Below are positions 1-8,458 of a stretch of DNA of 64,000 nucleotides, one piece after another (within the stretch, counting starts at the first letter, position 1; each line of letters starts with the position of its first letter). A program made the translations under genes and the position numbers. Source of the stretch: a phage; sequence record PZ386973.1; one strand, 5' to 3'. Under the pieces are notes generated by a model that searched no databases, was not told the DNA's origin, and saw only the letters and a program-made list of their open reading frames with translations.

Positions 1-1393
1 TAGTTGTGGACATACGGTCAATAGCACCACGCTTAAAATTAAGCATATCTACAGACTTATCATATTGTCCTGCACTAAATTTCTTAGCATTTGAAGATAC
101 CAGTGCTCGAGTATTGGTAATTGCTAAGAAATTACCATTAATAACTCCTGAATCTAACCAACGCACAACCGCCGTAGTTTTACCTGTACCTAGACTTGCT
201 TTTACAAAAGTCATATAACCTTCTGGTGGTACAGTATTTAATTTCAAGAAGTTATCAGTCTCTAAAGAGTTAGTTTCTAGCTTTTTAAGTGGAATACCTT
301 TTAAAACATCCGGTATATCACGTTTAGAATTATTAACAAACGCTTTCAGAGCCTGTTTACGACCATTATTAAAGTAGTCTTGAATATTACGACTATTATC
401 TTTAGTTGCAATATATTCTGATAAGGCTGGACGAATTTCTTTTTCTAGCCATGCAAAATCAACACCATCCTCTAAAGCCCTGTGATAGAGTTTAGGAATA
501 ATACGTAGATACACTCCATCCTCAGCTTCTTCTAGTTCGCTGATAGTTTCTTCTACTTTATCAGAGGCAGCTTTTTTACCCTTAATTTGGTCGAGTAAAG
601 AGTAGAACTCTTCTTTAAACTCACCTCTAGTTGTTTCATAGTCAACCAGATTATTGGGTAAATTTACTTTAGAACCCTTAACAAATACCAGACGTGAAGC
701 ACCCTCCGCTTTAAACGGATCTACTATACCATCAGTAAATAAAGGATCTGCAAAATAATGGAGCTGTACGGAAGAGTAATAAGCTAAGTCGGCAATATCA
801 AAGCCATACTTTTGTCTACTACTTTCGTTGATAGATGTAAATAAGAATTTGATTTGACCCTGAGTTACTTTAACATTAGATTCTAGTATTAAGTGCATTC
901 GGATACCTGGTTTTAGCCCAGCCGAAGACGATGCATGAGCGATAAACCCTGCATCAAGAGGAAACATATCCTCACTAATACTATTTAACATTCTAATAAT
1001 ATGTCGAGCCATGCCAACAAGATCAAACTTGTTACAACCACCTGTATCTACAATACCATCCACGTCCATTGCAATTATATGGCTTGGATTAGATACATTA
1101 AAGTTGCCCTTCTTACGTCGCACATTATTTTTAGGTGCAAGACATCGACCTCGTACCGCAACGATATGAGGGTCAGACGTTAAACGTCTCATAAGAGGAA
1201 GCATTTCTACTAGGGTTTGAGGATCAACTTCATCAATTACATCAAACTTGAAGGGCATTGAAGCTGGTTTACCTTCAGGATGCTTTGAGGAAAATCTTTT
1301 AGCAAAAAGATAATCTTCTGCTTTAACTTCTCGCCAATTGCCTGTGGCTAAATCGCGATGAAATCCTGCATGACCTTGTAGGATTGAGAACAC
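1..1393 (-). CDS. replication-associated P-loop NTPase (N-terminal part; C-terminus lies beyond position 1)
   Basis: Stop-free minus-strand frame from a GTG at 1393 (AGGAG 7 nt upstream) to the window edge; Walker-A-like SLGTGKTT; absent from the ORF track because it runs off the window. Confidence 0.55.
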   Translation of the reverse strand, partial: MFSILQGHAGFHRDLATGNWREVKAEDYLFAKRFSSKHPEGKPASMPFKFDVIDEVDPQTLVEMLPLMRRLTSDPHIVAVRGRCLAPKNNVRRKKGNFNVSNPSHIIAMDVDGIVDTGGCNKFDLVGMARHIIRMLNSISEDMFPLDAGFIAHASSSAGLKPGIRMHLILESNVKVTQGQIKFLFTSINESSRQKYGFDIADLAYYSSVQLHYFADPLFTDGIVDPFKAEGASRLVFVKGSKVNLPNNLVDYETTRGEFKEEFYSLLDQIKGKKAASDKVEETISELEEAEDGVYLRIIPKLYHRALEDGVDFAWLEKEIRPALSEYIATKDNSRNIQDYFNNGRKQALKAFVNNSKRDIPDVLKGIPLKKLETNSLETDNFLKLNTVPPEGYMTFVKASLGTGKTTAVVRWLDSGVINGNFLAITNTRALVSSNAKKFSAGQYDKSVDMLNFKRGAIDRMSTT

Positions 1394-2016
1394 AACAATA
1401 CTCCTGTGTTGGAAATGAAATAAGTTTTCTTTAGGACTATTCAGAAAGAATAGAACAACTGTTACTGTCAATTTCTCAACAAATTAATCGCAAATACTGA
1501 AGTGGGGTGGCAACTTCCACTTTCACGCTGCGCTGCTGCCTCATTATACCGCACAAATCCTTGAGGATGGCCGCTAAGCCAGATTTGCTCACCTAATGCT
1601 TCATATACTAGCTCATACTAGATGCAATATAACTTACAGAATCACGTCTCGGTAGTTTTTCACTCCTCCCATCTCACTTCACAACCACCTCATACTAGGT
1701 TGCTTCGAGGCCTTACCAGGGTTCCTATGGGACGCAGATCGCTAAGTATTCTATTAACTATTTGTTTAAAAACTAACACGTAACAGTTAAAACAACCCTT
1801 AATGGGGCAGCCTAACTGTTCCGTATCGCGGATTGTAAACAAGAAAAATTAGCAAAATCAATTTTTACTAATGTCTCTCAATTCAATATAAATATTATAT
1901 CAAGATTTTGGGCATCCTGCAAGTAAAATTTTCCGGATGGTGCTATCATTGGTCTTGAGTACGGATAAAACCGAGCCAAAATGACTCGGTAATCAGAGTT
2001 CAGCTAATAAAAATCA

Positions 2017-2406
2017 TTAGTCATTTAGGCCAGGAACATAGATCCCAACACGGTTTAATTGTTCTTTAGCTTCTTTAAGAATATCTGGAGTGTACTCCCA
2101 AACATCATCTTCCACCTGTAAAAGATGGGGCGAACAACCATCATCCGGCACACGACATATGGCCAGACCACGTGGATGGAACAAAGAGAAATTTAGGGCA
2201 ACAATCAAGCCCATAGCAGACAATTCATTCCAATCCAATTCCCATTCCCCGGCATATCCAGACAGGAAAACACCAATGCAGGGATCATCTATTTGCTGCT
2301 CCGGAAAAGTGAAGGAGGCTTGTCTTACCCCCAACCAACGTTGTAGTAGCTTCTCCGCACGTCTCACCAAACTAGGGTCAATCTGACGCCAATATACTTG
2401 TTCCAT
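2017..2406 (-). CDS. hypothetical protein, paralog of 2416-2844
   Basis: Track ORF; shares an MGL(I/V)xALN...(I/V)PGL pattern with the adjacent ORF. Confidence 0.45.
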   Translation of the reverse strand: MEQVYWRQIDPSLVRRAEKLLQRWLGVRQASFTFPEQQIDDPCIGVFLSGYAGEWELDWNELSAMGLIVALNFSLFHPRGLAICRVPDDGCSPHLLQVEDDVWEYTPDILKEAKEQLNRVGIYVPGLND

Positions 2407-2415
2407 TCTGCCCCC

Positions 2416-2844
2416 TTAAGCAGTTAAACCTGGGATCATATACCCGAAACGTCGAAGTTTCTGAATCCCCTCATTTACTTCTTCCGGTGAGTAAGACCAA
2501 CCATAACGTTCATTAACCTGAAAACCAGGGGATTCACTAGTCTTATAGTTAACAACGAGGCGATGCTTAGCAGGCATAAACAGCTTATAGTTTAACGCAA
2601 AAACTAAGCCCATTTCATCTAACTCTTTCCAGCCAACAATTTCTTCAAGACCCTCCTCTACCTGAACAATTAAACCAATACAGAGGGCCTCATCAATATC
2701 ATCTTTAAAAGCAAAGGAGATTTCGTTATTCTCACACCATATTTTCAAGGAATTAATAGCCTCATTATACAGGCTAGCCGGGAGAGTACGCCAAAAGTTA
2801 ACCAAAATTGGGTTAGCTTCTTTAGAGAATACATTATTGAACAT
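2416..2844 (-). CDS. hypothetical protein, paralog of 2017-2406
   Basis: Track ORF; tandem duplicate-like. Confidence 0.45.
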   Translation of the reverse strand: MFNNVFSKEANPILVNFWRTLPASLYNEAINSLKIWCENNEISFAFKDDIDEALCIGLIVQVEEGLEEIVGWKELDEMGLVFALNYKLFMPAKHRLVVNYKTSESPGFQVNERYGWSYSPEEVNEGIQKLRRFGYMIPGLTA

Positions 2845-2846
2845 AC

Positions 2847-3353
2847 TTACACCTTAAATTGTTGTAAGGATTTACACATTTCAAGATCCGGGCTAAATTC
2901 TAGCATATAGCTAACAGCTTTTAAATCTTGAAGATTTATCCCAGTCCTACCGTTGACTATAACTGTTGGATACTGATACATCATAGCACCAGCATCATCA
3001 AGCACACACCAATGTTTGAGCTTATGCTTTTCAACGAAGCGAAGAACAGAATTACCCCTAGATAATCCACCACCAGTAAAATCCGTTGTACCAAGAAAAC
3101 GATCGATAAGACCTAATCCGGTCATAATTCGAACGTTCTCCATTTCATTTTTAACAGAAAACCACGAAGATACCCCAACAATCATTATTGAAGAGGGACG
3201 AATAAAATCCTGAAAAGCCTTGAGAAGTGGCTTAAAAACCCAATCACTTCCGAAGAAGATCTTTTCATCATCCGGCGCATGGTGGTGCGAGATGCTCGAA
3301 TTGAGCACCCCATCAATATCTAGAAAAATAACTGGAGTATTACTTATTTCCAT
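2847..3353 (-). CDS. HAD-superfamily phosphatase-like protein
   Basis: N-terminal FLDIDGVL (DxDG motif I). Confidence 0.55.
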   Translation of the reverse strand: MEISNTPVIFLDIDGVLNSSISHHHAPDDEKIFFGSDWVFKPLLKAFQDFIRPSSIMIVGVSSWFSVKNEMENVRIMTGLGLIDRFLGTTDFTGGGLSRGNSVLRFVEKHKLKHWCVLDDAGAMMYQYPTVIVNGRTGINLQDLKAVSYMLEFSPDLEMCKSLQQFKV

Positions 3354-3522
3354 TTTTGTTCCTTTCTAAGAACGTATCATACTCAACCGTATCAACATAT
3401 ATGACACCATAGTCATCGGATTTATAGTCCATTTCCCACAGCTCACAGCGATAACACCAACTACCATCCGCCCATACAAATATATCATCGGGATGTGTAT
3501 ATACAGATTTAACTATAGACAT
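3340..3522 (-). CDS. hypothetical small protein
   Basis: Track ORF, overlaps its neighbours in operon fashion. Confidence 0.35.
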   Translation of the reverse strand: MSIVKSVYTHPDDIFVWADGSWCYRCELWEMDYKSDDYGVIYVDTVEYDTFLERNKNGNK

Positions 3523-4337
3523 ATTTGTTTCCCTGGCATATAAGGTCTACCCTCTAAATGAGCTTCCACACGAGCAATAAAATCAGGATCACTGAAAGCA
3601 TCTACCGCACCTTTACTCCAGTAAGGGACCCCACGTTCTTCCAGCTGGTACATCTCACTACGAGTCATACCTTGATAGCCGGGCTCCGCTGCTAGAGCAC
3701 TATCATAGTAGTTAACAACCATAAGTTTCGCAGCAGTCAAATTAAGAACAGGAAATAATTCCCAGTAGAAGTTAATTACTTGGTTAGAGCAACCAACTAC
3801 AATAATCATATCTTGACTGGTAATACTGTCAAAAACATTATACATTTCTGCGTATGCAGGAGCATGCTCTCCAAAGAAGATTACATTAGGTTTAGCCCAT
3901 TTATAATCATCCGGATCGATAGAACTGTATCCTACATCAATAATCCGTTTATTGCTACTATTGTATCTATCAGCTACAACAACCTCTTTTAAATATCCGT
4001 GAATGTGCAGAATGTCACTATGTGGAACGCCAGCACGCTCAATAAGGTCATCAACGTTGGTAGTCAAGTTTACTACTTGACCAGGGTATTGTTTATGCCA
4101 TTCACCAATACGCAAATGCGCAAGATTGGGTTCGACAGTTTTTAGCTCTTCACGACGCTTGTTATAAAACATATGGGTTTTATGGTAAAAATTACCACGA
4201 AAGGCATGAATATTACATACTTCTTCTAGATCATAATCATCCCACAATGCTTTACCACTAGCAGTATCAGTACGAAAAGCTCGTACACCACTTTCAACGC
4301 TCAAACCTGCACCGCTAATAATAATTACTCTACGCAT
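3513..4337 (-). CDS. Sir2-like NAD-binding protein
   Basis: GAGLSVESGVRAFR (sirtuin GAGIS..SG motif), TTNVDDL (TQNID-like), HIHG catalytic His; no Zn-ribbon cysteines seen. Confidence 0.6.
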   Translation of the reverse strand: MRRVIIISGAGLSVESGVRAFRTDTASGKALWDDYDLEEVCNIHAFRGNFYHKTHMFYNKRREELKTVEPNLAHLRIGEWHKQYPGQVVNLTTNVDDLIERAGVPHSDILHIHGYLKEVVVADRYNSSNKRIIDVGYSSIDPDDYKWAKPNVIFFGEHAPAYAEMYNVFDSITSQDMIIVVGCSNQVINFYWELFPVLNLTAAKLMVVNYYDSALAAEPGYQGMTRSEMYQLEERGVPYWSKGAVDAFSDPDFIARVEAHLEGRPYMPGKQICL

Positions 4338-4551
4338 TTTTCACCTGTTCTCTGAAGTTTTGCCCAATGCTGTCTAATAGCTCAGCTAATTCTTTATTGC
4401 CTTTCTCCATTAAGGTATTAGCAATAACTTCTAGCATAGTAGCACAGGATTCAACACCATCCTTATAGCCAGTTTCCCACTGCTGCATTAATGCATTTTC
4501 CAAAGCGGCATTTAAACCATTATCTGGTAGCATCGGCTTCGAGAATGCCAT
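4330..4551 (-). CDS. hypothetical protein
   Basis: Track ORF. Confidence 0.4.
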   Translation of the reverse strand: MAFSKPMLPDNGLNAALENALMQQWETGYKDGVESCATMLEVIANTLMEKGNKELAELLDSIGQNFREQVKNA

Positions 4552-4723
4552 AAAGTTTCTCCTCTAGTTCCATAACACGATTTTCATAAGAGGCACGCAA
4601 CTTTTCAATTGCCAGCGCACGCACTGTAACCTCATTAGAATTAATAGCTAATTGGGCCAGGTCTTCTGTTTCCATACGTCCATTGTAAATTAAGCGATAT
4701 TTAAGATGTTTTACGTTTTTCAT
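4520..4723 (-). CDS. hypothetical protein
   Basis: Track ORF. Confidence 0.4.
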   Translation of the reverse strand: MKNVKHLKYRLIYNGRMETEDLAQLAINSNEVTVRALAIEKLRASYENRVMELEEKLYGILEADATR

Positions 4724-4732
4724 TCTTGTTCC

Positions 4733-5014
4733 TTAGTTCTGTACTGTAAATTTATTCTTATCACAGTAAGCATAATAATACCCATACATACGATAAATTT
4801 TCACAGCCTTAGTAGACCCCTTCGATTCTTCATAATCAATCCAGAGCCACTTGTCTTTACCTACATAATGTACCCGAAACTTCTTAACTTTCTTATCATT
4901 CCATGTTGCAACAACACGACGATAATCAAATCCGCCCAACCAATCTAGAGCCTTACGTTCTTCACTAGGCTCTCCAAGATGGGAGACATCTACTTTAGGA
5001 AGCAATTCGCTCAT
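4733..5014 (-). CDS. hypothetical protein
   Basis: Track ORF. Confidence 0.4.
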   Translation of the reverse strand: MSELLPKVDVSHLGEPSEERKALDWLGGFDYRRVVATWNDKKVKKFRVHYVGKDKWLWIDYEESKGSTKAVKIYRMYGYYYAYCDKNKFTVQN

Positions 5015-5113
5015 AGCTTTCTCCTCTCAAATTTATAAATCTATTATATATAAATTTTTGGCTGAAAGCAAATAAAATAAAAGCCAGGTCGACTAGCAAC
5101 CCGGCTGATTAGC

Positions 5114-6991
5114 TTATTTAGCTCGAATATCCTGATGTTTCACTCTGCCCATCACCTCGTGCTGTTTGCCGGGGTTAAATGGACGAGCACCTGGATTTCC
5201 AAGATACCCACAAACTCGACGAGTTACTTCAAGAGTTTCGGGGTCATGATTACCACAGATAGGGCACTTAAATCCATCTTCGGATGCTATTGTTTCACCT
5301 AAGAATCCACATTTACCACAAGAATCCACTGGAGTATTAATACCGAAGTAATGAACCTTACTAGCAGCATAATTAATAACCCATTCCAGTGCATCTGGGA
5401 ATCGTTTCATATCCGGTAGTTCCACATAGGAAATGCATCCACCAGAAGCAATCGGCGTAAAATTAGATTCATAGTCGAACTTCACGTTTGGAGCAACCTT
5501 ACGCTCCACATCTAGGTGGTGCGAGTTAGTGTAGTAACCTTTACTAAGAATATCTTCATGCTCCGGGAAATATTCACGATCTAAACGGCAGAAACGATCA
5601 CATAAGGATTCAGATGGTGTAGCATACAGACTATAGCCTAACTGAGTCTCTTCCTTCTTCTGATCCACTCTATCCCGCATATATTGTAGAACACGTTGTA
5701 CAAACTTAATACAGGTCTCGGACATTGTATCTACATCTTTGCCAAACATAAATTGTAGCATCTCATGGCAACCAATATATCCCAGAGATACAGAAGCACG
5801 GTTATAGAAATGATCAAATACATATTCATCAGGCCCCAAGCGTAGTCCAAAGGCTCCTGACATATAGAGGATGGGTGCGGCTTTAGCTTGAATGTATTTT
5901 AAGCGATCAACTCTCCACTCCAGTGCTTTAAGCGCGGTATCCACACGTAGCTCAAGCAAATCAAAGAATAGATCAATGTTCCCTTCAGCTTCGATAGCAA
6001 TTCTAGGCAAGTTTACAGAAACAACACCTAAGTTATTACGACCGGCAGTTTCTCCATCTTCTGCAGCAGCTAGGAACGAACGGCAGCCCATAGAAACTTT
6101 ATAGTCACCAGTAACTTCCACAACCTTATCATAGCTGATGTAATCAGGATACATACGTTCAGCAGTACATTTCATAGCTAACTTCTTGATGTCATAATTA
6201 ACATCCCCTGGTTTCATATTTACGCCATCACGAAGTACAAATACCAGTTTCGGGAAGATAGCTGTACGTTTATTGATACCTAAACCATCCATGCGTACTT
6301 TCAGTATTGCTTTCTGTACTAGACGTGCTTCCCAAGAAGTTCCTAGACCAAAACCAAAGGTAATAAATGGACTCTGACCATTAGAGTTGAACATGGTATT
6401 GATTTCATATTCTAAACCCTGACAAGCGTCATAGACTTCTTTTTCAGTCATCTCCGTAGCCATTACGGATGCTTTAGCTTCATCCTTAGTCCAACGTTTT
6501 GCAAACGCATGATTTTTGTCATAGGATTTACGAACATAAGGGGCTAATACTTCATCAAGGCGATCTACAGAAGTACCACCATACTGATGGGAGCTAACCT
6601 GAGTAATAATTTGAGCAGTAATAGCCGCCGCAGTAGTGATAGAGTTTGGAGTGCTAATTTCAGCATTACCAACTTTCATACCATTCTTCAACATATCTTC
6701 CAGAGCTACCAGACAACAGTTAGTCATGCCTAATGCAGCATAATCAGCATCATGGAAATGAATATCCCCAATCATATGAGCATTTCGAATCTGAATTGGC
6801 ATTTCTTCTAGAATTAGATACTTACTCAATTCACCTGCAAGCATATCCCTTTGTGTAGGGAAACGTTCTGAGGGTTTATTGGCATTATTAAATAGCAGTT
6901 CTTCATCTGCTGACCCTTCGATAATCTCTTTGCAGTTTCTAATTAACGCCTGCATTTCTTTATATTTTAGTTCTTCATTACGATTCATCAC
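5114..6991 (-). CDS. nrdD: anaerobic ribonucleoside-triphosphate reductase (class III)
   Basis: 625 aa; C-terminal glycyl-radical motif RRVCGYLG preceded by CGKCGF...CPICG zinc ribbon. Confidence 0.88.
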   Translation of the reverse strand: MMNRNEELKYKEMQALIRNCKEIIEGSADEELLFNNANKPSERFPTQRDMLAGELSKYLILEEMPIQIRNAHMIGDIHFHDADYAALGMTNCCLVALEDMLKNGMKVGNAEISTPNSITTAAAITAQIITQVSSHQYGGTSVDRLDEVLAPYVRKSYDKNHAFAKRWTKDEAKASVMATEMTEKEVYDACQGLEYEINTMFNSNGQSPFITFGFGLGTSWEARLVQKAILKVRMDGLGINKRTAIFPKLVFVLRDGVNMKPGDVNYDIKKLAMKCTAERMYPDYISYDKVVEVTGDYKVSMGCRSFLAAAEDGETAGRNNLGVVSVNLPRIAIEAEGNIDLFFDLLELRVDTALKALEWRVDRLKYIQAKAAPILYMSGAFGLRLGPDEYVFDHFYNRASVSLGYIGCHEMLQFMFGKDVDTMSETCIKFVQRVLQYMRDRVDQKKEETQLGYSLYATPSESLCDRFCRLDREYFPEHEDILSKGYYTNSHHLDVERKVAPNVKFDYESNFTPIASGGCISYVELPDMKRFPDALEWVINYAASKVHYFGINTPVDSCGKCGFLGETIASEDGFKCPICGNHDPETLEVTRRVCGYLGNPGARPFNPGKQHEVMGRVKHQDIRAK

Positions 6992-7097
6992 ACCCTCCTT
7001 CTCTAACTAAGACTACTATTATAACTCATTCGAGGGCGGATGTCAACAATATTTTACTATAAAGTTCTGTAACATGATCTGAGTCAAAAAATTTTAT

Positions 7098-7126
7098 TTG
7101 CCAACCTCTATTAAAAATTGTATAAT
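7098..7126 (+). promoter_or_regulatory. sigma70-type promoter (TTGCCA-N17-TATAAT)
   Basis: Hexamers with 17-nt spacer upstream of the phoH-like gene. Confidence 0.5.
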
Positions 7127-7238
7127 CACGCACTCGTGTATGCGATATAAAATGATTGTCTAGTATCACACATCTACCATTAAAAGCAAGCAAATTTTTT
7201 ATTTAAATGCAATATCATAGGCTTATTTAAAATTGTAG

Positions 7239-7267
7239 TTGCTTTTTACTGTATATATTGGTATAAT
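7239..7267 (+). promoter_or_regulatory. sigma70-type promoter (TTGCTT-N17-TATAAT)
   Basis: Second tandem promoter upstream of the phoH-like gene. Confidence 0.5.
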
Positions 7268-7340
7268 ATATTTGTAAGTTGATAAACAAGATCTTTTTGT
7301 TGATCCTCTGTTAGCGAAGTACACTATAGGAGTGTTATTT

Positions 7341-8093
7341 ATGGGAAAAGCACGTCAAAAAAGAGAGAACCGCAATGGTTCAAGAAAGCGTGGCAACAAA
7401 TATGAGAATAACGTAATTCAGGCTGATTTTTCTAATGATTACGCTAACCCAGTTGCTAAATCCCTAGTAGGTAAAAACCGCGAGCAAAAATCATATATCA
7501 ATATGATCAAGAACAACACAGTGACTGTGGGTATCGGTGAGCCAGGTACTGGTAAAACCTTTATTCCGTCTGTTCTTGCAGCTCAGGAACTCGTAGACAT
7601 TCACTCAGATATTGAGCAAGTGATTCTCGTACGTCCTAATGAACCTCTAGGTAAGTCTCTTGGTATGCTTCCTGGTGATCTAGCGGAAAAGCTAGAGCCT
7701 TGGTTGGAGCCAATAGCTGATGGTATGAAATGGGCCATCGGCGACCATGCATATAAAGGATATGTCGAACGTCAGAAAATTAAATTTTTGGCTATCGAAC
7801 ATGCTCGTGGCAGAACTTTCAACAACTCCTATGTAATTGTCGATGAAGCTCAGAATATTTCCGTTGAGGCAATGATTTGTCTCCTAACTCGTGTAGGACA
7901 AGATTGCCGTTTAATTATCTGCGGAGATATAGCTCAGAAAGACATTAAAGGTGACTCAGGTCTAGCACTACTTATGGAAGTCTATGAGAAATACGAAAAT
8001 GCCCCATTCTCAATGATCGAATTGATTGATAACGTTCGTTCTGTTGAGTCTAAAGCATTCTATGATATTTTTAAAGACATGGGGAAGGTGTAA
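7341..8093 (+). CDS. phoH: PhoH-like ATPase
   Basis: Walker A GEPGTGKT and VDEAQN; ATG at 7341 with AGGAG upstream (track start 7332 is a GTG). Confidence 0.8.
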   Translation: MGKARQKRENRNGSRKRGNKYENNVIQADFSNDYANPVAKSLVGKNREQKSYINMIKNNTVTVGIGEPGTGKTFIPSVLAAQELVDIHSDIEQVILVRPNEPLGKSLGMLPGDLAEKLEPWLEPIADGMKWAIGDHAYKGYVERQKIKFLAIEHARGRTFNNSYVIVDEAQNISVEAMICLLTRVGQDCRLIICGDIAQKDIKGDSGLALLMEVYEKYENAPFSMIELIDNVRSVESKAFYDIFKDMGKV

Positions 8094-8094
8094 T

Positions 8095-8316
8095 ATGGGA
8101 AACGTCGTTCATCTGAGCCGTAAAACTAAAATACATCGTACTTCACTGAGTGCTGCTAATATGATTACACGTAGGGAAGGGGAAGAAAGTCCTAAGACAA
8201 CCCTAGCGTGGAAAATTGTAACCTCAAATCCAAATAAACCATTCAATTATAACGAGCTGAGCACCTCCATAGATATTCTATTAAAAGAAGTAGCTAGAGC
8301 TAAAGTAATTGAATAA
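8095..8316 (+). CDS. hypothetical small protein
   Basis: In-frame ATG at 8095 directly after the phoH stop; the longer track ORF overlaps phoH. Confidence 0.4.
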   Translation: MGNVVHLSRKTKIHRTSLSAANMITRREGEESPKTTLAWKIVTSNPNKPFNYNELSTSIDILLKEVARAKVIE

Positions 8317-8458
8317 GCTAAAAAGCTAGACTGACAACACAGAAGGCCTGGGTATGAAAATACTCGGGCCTTTTCTATCAGAAAATTTTATTTGCCTAAT
8401 GACCGATAATAAAGTAGAATATTTCCTAAATCCTGATAACTATAAAAAGGAAAACCAA

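Noticed and set aside
4330-5014. Small ORFs next to nrdD as the NrdG activase
   Set aside because: None contains the CxxxCxxC radical-SAM cysteine motif.
8354-8458. Upstream extension of nrdA to the track start at 8354
   Set aside because: The ATG at 8459 has an AAGGA RBS and begins the ATP-cone-like sequence; the extension overlaps the terminator region after the preceding gene.
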